A stretch of DNA of 63,866 nt, filler included, from Corallochytrium limacisporum Hawaii (Eukaryota > Protista > Pluriformea): assembly GCA_002811645.1 (NCBI GenBank). It is 5 parts of 5 records of this genome, joined end to end, with 100 filler letters (N's around TTAATTAATTAA, not from the genome) between each part and the next. Parts side by side here need not be neighbours in the genome. Positions count along the whole stretch, not along the records: positions 1 to 11,555 come from PDIP01000071.1; positions 11,656 to 22,488 come from PDIP01000122.1; 3 more parts are not named here. The stretch is one strand, 5' to 3'. The notes under the pieces are model-generated. The model worked only from the letters and a program-made list of their open reading frames with translations. It did not search any database and had not been told where the DNA came from. The position numbers and the translations under genes are program-made. This document shows positions 1 to 11,717 of the stretch, piece after piece (positions within the stretch are counted from its first letter, which is position 1; each line of letters begins with the position of its first letter).

Positions 1-810
1 GGGGGGGGGAAGGGAAACAAAGAGGAAAAGGAGGATTCCCCCCCTTTTCCCCCCCCCCCCCCCCCTCCCGGGGCGGAAGGGCCAGCCCCTCTCTCCGTTC
101 CGGTATGTCTGCAACGTGGGCAATTTGGGTGGCCCGGTCAAAGTTTACTTCTCATTTTTTTTTTTTTTGCAATTCCAGAACCCATGCCCATTCGCCAGTA
201 GTGAAAAGAAACCCTTGCCCGTGACAGTCTAACCCCTTTTTCATTGCTTCGCAGGAAGATTCTCGGCCCACTCCCACCCCCCCGGGGAGGCCTCCCCCTC
301 CTCCTCCGTCTCTCCTTTGGTCCGCTGTCGGACGGGAGGAGACAGACTTGGTCCCGGGGTGGACATTGACCACCAAGAGAGGTCCCAGTCACATGTAGCC
401 AACCTATTCCGAGATTATTGTATAATTAATGTATTTATGTTTAATCACTGTTTGATCCGTTCCTGACACATCTGTACACAGGTCTGGTACCCTGCTGTCC
501 TAGACAGTGAGTGATGCCCTCCCCGTCGGCGGCCTGTCCCATGTGGACCTGGACTCCTTATCGTCCTCCTTTGGCCGCGCGTAGCCAGAGGTTCTGTTGT
601 GGTAGTACCTCTATTTTTTTTAATTGACTTTGTCGTGTCCCATGGCGTACTGGAAAGCAAAAATGGAAGAAGGGAAGGATGAAACAAAGTCAAGCGCGGC
701 ACAGGTCGCGGTGCGTGACGGAACATCTCATCACCACCCGCGCGCGCACACACACACACACACTCTCTCTCTCACTCTCTCCGCCGCCCAACGCCGCGAG
801 AGAGCGACAC

Positions 811-857
811 AGAGAGAGAGAGAGAGAGAGAGAGTGTGTGTGTGTGTGTGTGTGTGT
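811..857. repeat. Compound (AG)n(TG)n microsatellite
   Basis: Directly visible. Confidence 0.9.
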
Positions 858-3821
858 TTGATTCACAGGACGAGAGGGTGTGCGCTGCCAGGTGTGGTGT
901 TTTTGTTTTCTTTCTCTTTTTTTTTAGGGGGTTTGCACCGAGCCCGGACCCGGGGCTGCGGGTTGGGGTAAGGGAGAAGGGGGTGGGGAGGGGGAAAGGA
1001 GGAGGGAGGAGGGGGGGGGGCTTCTCGGTAAAAGGTCTCCTCCCCCTTGACTCTCCGTGGTGTGCTTAGTACATTTTATAGTGAATTTTTTCATTGTTCA
1101 TTTTTCAATTTCTTTTTTGTTTTCCTTTGTCCGTTTTCCTCAGAGCAAAAAAAAAAAAAGAGAAAAGGGAAAGAAAGGCGATCGAAGCGGTTTTTAAGTC
1201 TTCGCGAGTTGATTTGTAGGGAAATTGGGGATACATCCCCACCAAAACGCCCTGCAGGGGAATCTCGACTCCCTCCTTTCTTCCTTTTTTTTTTTGCCTC
1301 CCTCCGAGGAACACCCCACAGCGGGCAACGGGGGTCGCCATAGCGAACCGGTCGGACACTGGAACGAAAAAAAAAGAGAAAAAGAAAAAAGAAAGAAAAC
1401 CAAAACGGCCCGAACGGGCGGTGACAGAGACACGCACGGACAAGCTGCGCGCGTCCCCCCCCCCTCCCGCGCGAGAGAGTCTGCGCGACGGAGAGAGAGA
1501 GTGTGTGTGTGTGTCACGGTTCGGCACCCCCCCCCCTCCCCCTCCCCCGGGGCTGGAGAAGGAGATCCACGGCAGAGAGAGACAGAGAGAGAGAGAGAGG
1601 GTGTCTGCTTTTTTTCCCGACCAGGGGCCGGCCGCCCAGGGGAGTGAGTTTTTCTCCTGCCAGGACGGGAACAAAGGCAATTACCGTACACGTTGTGTGC
1701 TGAGACAAAAGTAATTACCAGAGTACAGTGATGTATATTTAGTATGGGAGTTGTTCCGCGATCTGGTGAGCGTGTTATGTATGATCCGCGAAGCCCGTCT
1801 TTCGTTGCCCGTATCTGACAACACTTGTTGGAGACAAGACAAAGAAAAGAGAGGAAATGGCATGCGTTGGGATCACCAACTCCGGGGCGCTAGGCCGACT
1901 CTCCGCTGCGCAGGCTTTTGGAACGACAGCGTATGGGAATCCGAGAGAAACTGTGCTGGGCGCCGTCCAGACAACGCGGGGCCTGCGAATGGGAAGAGGT
2001 ACAGGACGCACTGGGATTGTGTCGAGTGTTGGAGACGCAATAGCGGCACGGACGAGCCCAATTGACTTCAGAACATGAATCCGACGCGATACTGGACATT
2101 GGGGCCTTTCTGCTGGCACTCCTGCTCCCCAGTGTACCTTGTCGATGGAAAGCTAAAGCAGTACAAGCTTGGACGGAACGCTCGCTCAGTGAGTGACAGG
2201 GTAGGACGCCGGAGAACTGGGGGTGGTAAGCCTTGGGCACTGGATCTCGATCGCATACCCAATGGCAAGGAGTGGTCGGGCGACATATATAGTGTAAGGA
2301 CAGTAGCATGCCAAGAGTGCAGAGGCGATACGGCGACATCGGAGAGAATAAGGTCCGTGGATTTGACAACGGCCTGTATGTCCACAATCTCAATGGACAG
2401 AGTAAGCGTTTTGGTGACTTCAGGGACATGTCGAACGGGATGATATTGTGTAATTGATACATGCCAGTTGTCCGTCTGACAGATGCATACAAAGTTTGAC
2501 ACTTTCGGGGGAATTCATGCGTCTCTGAGCAGATCAGACCGACTAGATGTCAAACCCAAGCGCTCGCAGTGAGCACTCGGATTTGTGCACGCGCACGAGA
2601 GCCCGGTTTGTCACCCACGCAACGACTGCAAAGCGACTACGTCATGGCCTTGAACATCTGCCATGCAGAACAAGAGTGAACCATCAGTTCTCCAATGGGA
2701 AGCATCAGTTCTCCAATATGTTGGCCGGTTTTTTGTATGTCTGTTCTGGTCGGAAACCCGCCAGTGGCCCTCATGCAGTGAGTGCATGGATGCCTGGATG
2801 TGTTATTGTAGTAGGAAGGGGTCCTGCGCTTGCCATGGTAAAACCAGTGGGTTTGGTGGCACGATAATGCACATACTTGCTTACCCAAATCCAACTATTC
2901 AGACCTAGTAATGGATGCTCGACGTGATGTGCTGGGGTATGCAGTATAGTGAATGAAGCAGGAGGGTCCCTAAAATCAAATATATTTTATGAATCTATAC
3001 ATATAATCATTTCTTTTTGATTGTTAAATTTTGGTGTTGATTTTAATCAAATTTCCACACGCGAAATGGAGAGTCGTGGGTACTGCGGGCAGGGGTGGGA
3101 AGCAATATCTGACACAATAGAAACACAGCTTTTAACTCAAGGGAGAGCCGCCGGCGTTGTTCGCTAAAGTGGTTCCTGTACTCCCCGAGGTCGCTTTCTA
3201 CTCAGCTGGACCCACCTCTGAAGGCATGTGCAAATATTCGTGGATATCTAGGTAGATGGATTAGATGCACGGGAAACCAGAAACTGCGCGATTGAGTGAT
3301 GACCATGTGCGTGTCGGGAGCGGGAAGGTGTACTCCTGTGTGCCACAAACACACATGAGAATTGCAGGCCTCGGAGCAAGTCCGGCTATGCAGAACGAGA
3401 CATCCACAAGCAGACATCCCCGAGAGGGAAGAGATCAGCGATTCGTTCCAAACGAGCGCAGACATGAGCTAGGCAGACTCCGATACGCACAGTCGGACCC
3501 CAATAACCCCCCTCCCCACCCGCCTAGGCATATGGACCCATGGACAAACGAATGTACAGACAGAACTTGGCAAATACGAAAAAGAGACCATCTGCAAATT
3601 AATAGCTCTTTTGCGTAAAAGTGTTTCGTACGTTACGCGTATCATAAAACGCTGCATACACTCAACCGAGCGCTTGGCACGTAGGAAGAGAAAATTTGGC
3701 CTGCACCGGAGTGTGTGCGCGGGTATGGTCTGATGGTGCCAACAGCAAAGCGGCCGTAGCAAGGGGACAAGAACGAGACACACACTGCGTTGACCGTCCC
3801 ACCCCAAACAGCCACCCAGGC

Positions 3822-3847
3822 CGTCGTCGTCGTCGTCGTCGTCGTCG
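3822..3847. repeat. (CGT)n microsatellite
   Basis: Directly visible. Confidence 0.9.
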
Positions 3848-4040
3848 ACAACCGACTAGCTTTTTCTGCCCCCATCATTCACCAACATGGAAAATTCATG
3901 TTCTATCATTCATATCCATCTCATAGATAGGGGACGACAATAGTAGCAAAATCACCGCTGATCCCCCTTACCACGCAGTAATGGGGAACACAAAAGTGCG
4001 CGAAGAAAAAGTGTGTGTGTGTGTGTGTGACGGTGAAGGC

Positions 4041-4046
<6 letters not shown>

Positions 4047-4092
<46 letters not shown>
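4047..4092. repeat. (GA)n microsatellite
   Basis: Directly visible. Confidence 0.9.
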
Positions 4093-4095
<3 letters not shown>

Positions 4096-6696
4096 GCCGG
4101 GAGGAGTCCGAGGACGAGAAAAGTTGGTGGTGGTTGTCAACGAACAATCGCGCGTCTGCAACAACCAATGCGCAACGAATATTTCGTGCTTTCTTTGATC
4201 TTTTGTTTTTTTTTTCGGTTTTCCTCTCTCTCTCGCTCTCTCTCTTCGTCGTTTTCTGCCGGGCTGGGTGTGCTGAGGGGCTGTGGGTTTTTTGAACGAC
4301 TAATTTTTCTTCTACCCGCCGACAGGAAAACAGGAGAGCGCAAAGCGCAGCACAAAATGACAATTGTCAGTCAGCCGGTGCTTGCTGATATGGCAGGGGC
4401 CAGCCCGTACGGTCCGGTCCGCCTGGTTGAACGTGGCGACCCAAATTTTTCCAGTTGGTTTCGGCTTTGGCGGGGTGGTGTGTTTCATTTGCGCATTTTG
4501 CCGTAACAACAGGGTACTGCAGCAGGCGGCGCTGCGGGGATTTGGTTGAGACAGATCGAATGCGTTAACCAAAGAAAGGCATAGGAAGAAACCTGTAACA
4601 TTCTCATTGCATGAGCAATCATCCTTTGACAGTGTACACCGAGACTTGTAGGCCGTAGTATTATTAATCTCCGAGGGCATTCGAACGACCCGTTCCATCA
4701 CACTGACCAACTCGCACACTGGCACTTTGTTCTTAGCAGGCACTGCTTGCATGTTATCTCTGGTGCGTCTGTGCGTAATACCTGTCAGCGTAGGAATGGC
4801 CTTCCTTACTGCAGGATCAACAGAGAGATACATATGTCCAGTTTTGATATCGTCTTTCTCAACTTTTTTTTTTTTGCTCTTGTTTCGGGAAAGGGAATGG
4901 ATGCAAGTGGTATACGGGTTCATTGCACCAGCTAAAATGCACATGGCTTGAACATCGTCCTTAGTGGCATCAGTCAACAGTCAAAACCACACCCAAACAT
5001 CAGCCTCACTATCGGGGCCCATGGTCAATTTGCACTCCATACCATGCTGATCGCATGTTTGTGATCAGTGCACACCAAACCGATGCTTGTAGGGACCTCA
5101 TCTCGTAGAGTTCCATGTTGTACTATACACTACCATGTCTTCTATCTCTGCACCATCGGAGATCAGCAGAGACACTTGTTCGACAGCGCACACACCACGC
5201 AGACAATAAGCGGTGCGAAGCAGCATCACTACCAATCACATACAGCGTACTTGGGCACGACGACACAAGGGACACAGAGTGTGTGAGCATGATACTTCGT
5301 TTGTCCATGTTTACCCAAACATGTCCAGCACGAAATCGTGTGTAACTCAGGAGTATAACCCCCCCGAACTCAAAACTCAACAGTTTCGCTGGATTATGAC
5401 TCAGTTCCGGACTTTATCATTCACACAGAAACTGTATTGTGATCCCCTCGTTTTCCTTTCACCCACCCGAACACGATGCCCCCGATTTTTCACTGGGTCA
5501 TGCGGAAAAAAAAAGTGCTTGTATTCGCTCAATTAAAAATTCTGATTCAGGCAACGGTAAGGTCGGCATACTGAAACAGTTGACGAATATCACCAAGTAA
5601 GACCAAGCCGAACGAGCATGACTCGTACCCTCGATTTGCGTCTGGATGTCAGTCGTGCCGATGGGCCATATTTAGTGAACGTGACAGCAGACGGCGTACA
5701 AAAAGACAAGAAAGAAAGTTATGGGAAAGTATGTTTCGATGGTTTCGCTACCAATCGCTTCCTATTTCCGTGTTTGAAATTACGTCCACCGTGAAGGTGT
5801 GCGTACTACCTCCGGTGCACACACACACACCTACACACACACGCAACCGACGGAGCCAAGTCAAACAAGAGAGCTTGCGACGGTGGGGTGGCCTTTTCTG
5901 GTCAATTTGGAACAAAATGCGAAAGTATTGGTCTACGCAGACCAGAAAAAAAATGGAATAATGGAATATAGAAATATCGCACAGGTATTTGGGGGGGGGG
6001 GAGGTTGGGGGTTGGCAGGGTTATGAGGGGATGAGCAAGTACTGGGAACGAAATGACAGTGACGAAGTATATGGCTTTGCCTATTGCGCCATGTCCCTCT
6101 GCGTTGCGTTTCACAGGCCACTCCGAAGGGCCATGTGCACCGCGAGTCAGCAGGCAGGACTCATGCAGACACTTACCAAACATATCCAGGCCCCTCTTTT
6201 CTGCCTTACCCGGCCTGTGAATTCCGATTCCCACCCCCTCCCCCCTCTCCCCCCCTTCCCTCCAATTCTCATAGCGATCGTATGGAGCAAGAATTCCAAC
6301 GGTATGGTGGGTACTGGGACGGTGGTGTGTGCGGCCTTTGTGCCATACCGGGAAAGTGGACACAAGCAATCCATGCGTACCGTGTCCCTCAATTAAAGGC
6401 TCCCCCCTCCCGACAAGCGTTTGAAACTTGTGAAACAAACACTGAAATGGAAAGTACAAAGAAAAGGTATCGAGCAATTTTTTTTTTAAATACGGTTTCG
6501 GTTAATCATTTCTTTATTTTCAGTATGGGAAAAAGTTACGATGCAGATAATTTAACACTGATGGACATGCAGAATGCCTTTTGGATGGTTGTTTAGTTAT
6601 GCAAAATGTGTGGAGGACTATCAGGAGGTCCGCACCAGTCGGTTCCTATGTCTAGTACTTGTCAATCGCTCCAAACATTGCGGGCCAAAATCTAGT

Positions 6697-7965
6697 TCAG
6701 TACAGAGTCTGTTGCACATGCTGGTACAGCTGGTGAGGCTGCTGGAGCATATGCTGCTGCTGCTGTTGCTGCTGCATGTACTGGAACTTGTCCTGAGACT
6801 GCTCGACCTTGACGTCGGCAGCGGCAGGCTTCTGCTGCTGCTGAGCAGCACCGGTGCTAATCTGTGGCTGCTTTACATCTCCAGTAGACTGCTGGTGCTG
6901 GTGCTGGGCTGCAGCTGCGGCAGCTGCCGCAGCCTGCTGTTCCTTCTGCTGCTGAACCTCAGAGATCAGCAAGCTTCCGCGCTTCTTGTGGATGCCGTGA
7001 TGGCGCTTGCGCTCATCAGGGCGAGCGAAACGCTTGCCACAGTCAGCATACTGGCACAGGTAAGGCTTCTCACCGGTGTGCATGCGAGTATGGCTGCTGA
7101 GGTGATCAGAGCGGCTGAAGGCACGCGGGCAGTGCTGACACTTGAAGGGGCGCTCGTTGGAGTGCTTACGGTGGTGACGAATGAGTTCGTCAGCACGGGC
7201 GAAGGCAGAGCTACAGCTCAGGGCAGGGCACATGAAAGGCTTCTTGCCAGAGTGTTCCTTCATGTGGGCAGTCAGGCCGTTGAGAACGTAGAAGGTAGCA
7301 CCGCATCCTTCATGTCGGCACATGAAGCTGTGAGTGACACCAGGTTCATCAATCTTGGGCTTGTTCTGCTGCTGATTCAACAAGGCGCGGTTGTGCATTG
7401 TGGAGTTTTTGATGCGGGGATGCTGGATGGGCTGCTGTGTGGCGGCCTGGCGGTGGTGGTTCAGCATCCAGGCATCGGGCTGCAGAGCCAGAGTGGCGTT
7501 GTAGCGGCCGTTGGCACCGTAGGTGGCATCGTAACCAGTGGAGTTCATTTGTGCCATCTTGTCGAGGGCCCATTGGTCATGGGTAGGAGCAGGCTTTTCA
7601 TATCCTCCCAGGTAAGGGAAGTGACCAACGGGGTCGGACATGCCGTAGCTGCCACGGGTAGGGCCAGTCATGAACTCGTTGGGGCGCTTAGGCAGCGCGG
7701 TGTTCTGAACCAGTGCGGCGTTCAGGCTCTGGTAGTAGGACCACTCATCGTTAGCGGATGCGGTATGTGTCTCAGAGCTCTCGGTGAACACCGTAGATTC
7801 GGCCTGGCTTTCAGTGCTGTTCATCAAACCGTGGTAATAGTCGGCAGATGGCTGCTGGGGGTAGGATCCAGTCTTCTGTTCTGTGTTTCCGGACAGTTGC
7901 TGAACTGCGTCGGAGGTGAGTGCGTTGAACTCAGACACACCACCAGTCTGGGCGGTGTATGCCAT
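6697..7965 (-). CDS. C2H2 zinc-finger transcription factor with 4 fingers, EGR/WT1/KLF-related
   Basis: 422-aa ORF from ATG. Four tandem C2H2 fingers with SGKKP/SNERP/TGEKP linkers. Recognition helices RADELIRH, RSDHLSSH and RPDERKRH resemble EGR1 RSDELTRH/RSDHLTTH/RSDERKRH. Poly-Q/poly-A C-terminus. Confidence 0.93.
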   Translation of the reverse strand: MAYTAQTGGVSEFNALTSDAVQQLSGNTEQKTGSYPQQPSADYYHGLMNSTESQAESTVFTESSETHTASANDEWSYYQSLNAALVQNTALPKRPNEFMTGPTRGSYGMSDPVGHFPYLGGYEKPAPTHDQWALDKMAQMNSTGYDATYGANGRYNATLALQPDAWMLNHHRQAATQQPIQHPRIKNSTMHNRALLNQQQNKPKIDEPGVTHSFMCRHEGCGATFYVLNGLTAHMKEHSGKKPFMCPALSCSSAFARADELIRHHRKHSNERPFKCQHCPRAFSRSDHLSSHTRMHTGEKPYLCQYADCGKRFARPDERKRHHGIHKKRGSLLISEVQQQKEQQAAAAAAAAAQHQHQQSTGDVKQPQISTGAAQQQQKPAAADVKVEQSQDKFQYMQQQQQQQHMLQQPHQLYQHVQQTLY

Positions 7966-8117
7966 TCTGTATCCCTTGGTGGCGAGAATTTTGACGGTTG
8001 AAAAGTGATACTAAGAGGAAGGAGGTTCTATCGCTGCGGAAGTAGCTTGTCTAGCAATGGTAGTCGCTCATACATGATGATCAGATGTGAAACTTCTCTC
8101 AAGTTCGTTCCAGGCTC

Positions 8118-8127
8118 CTTTTTATAC
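8118..8127 (-). promoter_or_regulatory. TATA-like box upstream of the zinc-finger gene
   Basis: Minus strand reads GTATAAAAAG about 155 bp upstream of the ATG at 7965. Confidence 0.5.
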
Positions 8128-11100
8128 CCCCGGGATCAATTCTTAATGTTGTCATTCGTATAACAAGCAATGAGAATACCCCTCAGCCTGTAGTCCTGTA
8201 TTATGGTACAGTTTCCCCCATTGACCCCTGTCCCCTTCTTGTGCACGGTGACTAAGTGAGGCTCTCTTCCTTTCGCTTGCCTCTGGATATGGGCGCTCAA
8301 CAAGCGGGAAAGGGGAGGGGGGGGGAAAGATTGGGGAAAGGGGGAAAGGGGATTCTCTTCGCCCCAGGACGTTGGGGACGAGGGGNNNNNNNNNNNNNNN
8401 NNNNNNNNNNNNNNNNNNNNNNNNNNNNNNNNNNNNNNNNNNNNNNNNNNNNNNNNNNNNNNNNNNNNNNNNNNNNNNNNNNNNNNNNNNNNNNNNNNNN
8501 NNNNNNNNNNNNNNNNNNNNNNNNNNNNNNNNNNNNNNNNNNNNNNNNNNNNNNNNNNNNNNNNNNNNNNNNNNNNNNNNNNNNNNNNNNNNNNNNNNNN
8601 NNNNNNNNNNNNNNNNNNNNNNNNNNNNNNNNNNNNNNNNNNNNNNNNNNNNNNNNNNNNNNNNNNNNNNNNNNNNNNNNNNNNNNNNNNNNNNNNNNNN
8701 NNNNNNNNNNNNNNNNNNNNNNNNNNNNNNNNNNNNNNNNNNNNNNNNNNNNNNNNNNNNNNNNNNNNNNNNNNNNNNNNNNNNNNNNNNNNNNNNNNNN
8801 NNNNNNNNNNNNNNNNNNNNNNNNNNNNNNNNNNNNNNNNNNNNNNNNNNNNNNNNNNNNNNNNNNNNNNNNNNNNNNNNNNNNNNNNNNNNNNNNNNNN
8901 GGGGGATCGCGCGCCTTCGATTCTCTCAGTAATGTGCGTGGACCAGATCGACAAAACTGACGCAGACTCCTCGCGCGCAAAGGTACCAGTGGCGGTCGAT
9001 GGGGATTGGCACCGAATTCTTTCCTTTTTCACGGCTGTGATGGACTGGGCCTCGAGCAAGAAGAAGAGAATCAGGGAGGAAAAGAACACCGCGCACAGCA
9101 CCCTAATGCCTCGAAATATACAATGTGAAAGTCACAGAGCCACCGGAGAGAGCTTTGGAAGAATGCCCCACTCTGCTCTGCAGACAGATAAGCCGTGGCA
9201 CCTTGGCCCTGAACTGTGCTTAAAGATAACGCCAGCGGTAGAACAAAGAAGAAGAAGGATGCAAGAAGTGATATAAAAAGTTACCATGGCCGTGCACCAT
9301 AGCGAAAAAGAAGGGCAGCGGAAGTGTTCGGATGCGAGGCGAGCCCTTCCCTGAAGTGTCAGAATGCTTATTGTCCGCGTCATTGTTGTTTCTTCCCCAC
9401 CCATGACTGGCGCCTGCTTGCCTTCCTGTCCCCTCCTCCCTCTGCGTCCTTTTTTTTTTTGAGGGGGGCGCAAGGGAGGGTGCTAGGAGGGCTGGAAATT
9501 TACATATATTTACTATAAGACAAACCTCCAACGCGACAGGCGGGAAGGCGAAAGTATAAAACTCTTCTCTTCAGTGCGTGTGTATAACCGCTTGATCACA
9601 CCGCGAAGGAAAAAGTACCGGGAGCAGTGTGGGCTGGACATGTATCCAATACATTTACACTCAGGTTCAGCAACGCCATGTGTGTGCAATGTTTACATGC
9701 GGTTCGGAATTTCGGTAAACTCATTGCTTTTGGACACCAACAAAAACACAGTGTCCGCCCCTTGCTCACATCACTATTCACACCGCCCGCCCCTACACTA
9801 CACATACCCTGTTCTCAAAACAAATTTTCTTTTGTCCACCAATGAGAACGACTAATGCCTTTTCTTCTGGTGCCATGTCCCAGCGGCCACGAGTCGGCGG
9901 CTGAATGAAGAAAATTTTAGGAACCCCCCCCCTTTCCCCCCCCTCCACCCTTCCCCGGCCTCCCTTCGTCGGTCCTCGCCCTGCCTTCTCTACTTGTCCC
10001 TGGATGTCTGGTGCATTCCTTTTTGACCGCACCCGTTGAAGACCAGTAGGCAAGAATAGTAGACCCCGATCAGGAACTGATGAAGATTATTGTCGGCCAT
10101 CTGTGTTGCCCTGTCAAGGTCTTGTACTGATATGTCAGATGCTACGAGCGTCGACACTATTCAGCAATTGTAGAACTATTGGTGAGAGATAGACGGATGG
10201 GCATGAAATTCCACCATATACTATCAGTATGAGCATCCAATACCAAGAATGCTGCCGGTCCGATTCCGTATGGAAAAGCAGTGATGAAACTGCCTCTCCT
10301 CTACGAACTTCCATGTTTGCCACCATCACCATGCAAAATGTCAGCAACCGTCCAAAGGACCTACTTTCGATAAAGGAGTCGTTACTAGTCCGAGAGGACT
10401 AACGAGATATGACCGAAGAGAATGTACAGTTTTGTTTGTCACAAAAGGTCGGATGTTAGGCCATCGGTCGTAGTGTTTGCCGGTATCGAACGAATAATAC
10501 ATTTAGCAAGCCAAACAAAATAGCTCCTAGTAGTGTATTATGGGCACGTACTTGTATACAATGGAATTTCGGGCATGCCCAACACACATGGTGGATAAGC
10601 CCCTCCCCCTTTCAGACACTACTCTCCCTGGTTTACTACCCCACTGGCGCGCCCTTCTTCACAGGGGTGTGTTCATACGCAGTTAAAGTTATAGACCAAT
10701 TGAAGAGTCGCCGACCACAGAGCACGTATTAAGAGATTCGGTGTCGTTATTTTATGGCACCTTGAAGTTTGCGGTCTCGATCGCCTGCGAGCCCCTCATG
10801 TGGACCGAACAGATTTTGATGCGCCTTTGGGATGTGGGGGAGGTTTTGCACGATCACAGGTAGACAAAATCAGTACATTAAGTACTGCACACAACCTTTA
10901 CCTGTACTTCGTGAGCAAAGTAGAAGATCTGTTTCGGTCGCATGGTTGCTTGCTTCCTTCCTTTTTTTCCCTCATCTTTGTGTATTCTGTTCACTATGGA
11001 CCAAATGCACGATTGCTTCCCCTTCACAAACATCCTCTACTTTTTGGTCACTTGTATAGATACGGCCATGCACATACCATGCAAGCAATCGGTTCTTCCA

Positions 11101-11682
11101 TCGCTAACCGCAAGGTACTCGTCATAGACGTTCTACCAATACTGAACTGATCCAACTCCCCAGGGGGCACCGGGCAAATCCAGGAATACACACAAGAAGG
11201 CACCCGTTTTCTCGTCTTCCCCCTTCCTCCCCTTCCCGTATGGCCGTTGTGTACACACTCTAAAAAGTGTTGATTCCAAAAAAGACCCCATCTATGTATA
11301 CATCTCATTAACATTCTTTATATGTTTGTATTTTATACTTCGTCTTTTCGTCCCCTATCAATAAAAGATCAGTTAATCATACATACCCATTGACATAGAG
11401 TCTTAGGCATTGTATAAGAAATGGAAAACAGCCTTGCCGGCCGTGCATACATTCGGAGCCTTTCCGGCCCAGGTAGTGAATACTGCAGCATTCGTTCCAC
11501 TCCGGGGGGGTGGAAGAAGGCCGGGAGTGAGGTGATGATAAGCAGAGCGGTGGTGNNNNNNNNNNNNNNNNNNNNNNNNNNNNNNNNNNNNNNNNNNNNT
11601 TAATTAATTAANNNNNNNNNNNNNNNNNNNNNNNNNNNNNNNNNNNNNNNNNNNNTATATTTTCGAACGAAAATTTTGGTTG

Positions 11683-11717
11683 GATACGGAGTATACATTC
11701 AACTCAGAGGATAGTAT
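11683..11717 (+). repeat. 35-bp contig-end motif, copy 1 (degenerate)
   Basis: GATACG GAGT ATACAT TCAACT CAGAGG ATAGTAT, 27 bp from the gap. Confidence 0.6.

Noticed and set aside
138-1714. Many ORFs with RERERE/LSLSLS/CVCVCV runs (also 3952-4506, 15690-17378, 25268-26749)
   Set aside because: Translations of microsatellites, homopolymers and N gaps.
2682-2717. CATCAGTTCTCCAAT twice at a 21-bp offset
   Set aside because: Simple two-copy duplication; not an array or CRISPR.
4312-5040. Minus-strand 221-aa ORF with a possible upstream extension through a stop
   Set aside because: No recognisable motif and no clear codon bias; may be a decayed gene but is unsupported.
6574-8001. 475-aa plus-strand ORF
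   Set aside because: Antisense shadow of the zinc-finger gene; its poly-L runs mirror the poly-Q codons.
11556-11655. N44-TTAATTAATTAA-N44 blocks (also 22489-22588, 28103-28202, 56613-56712)
   Set aside because: Artificial all-frame-stop scaffolding linker, not biological sequence.
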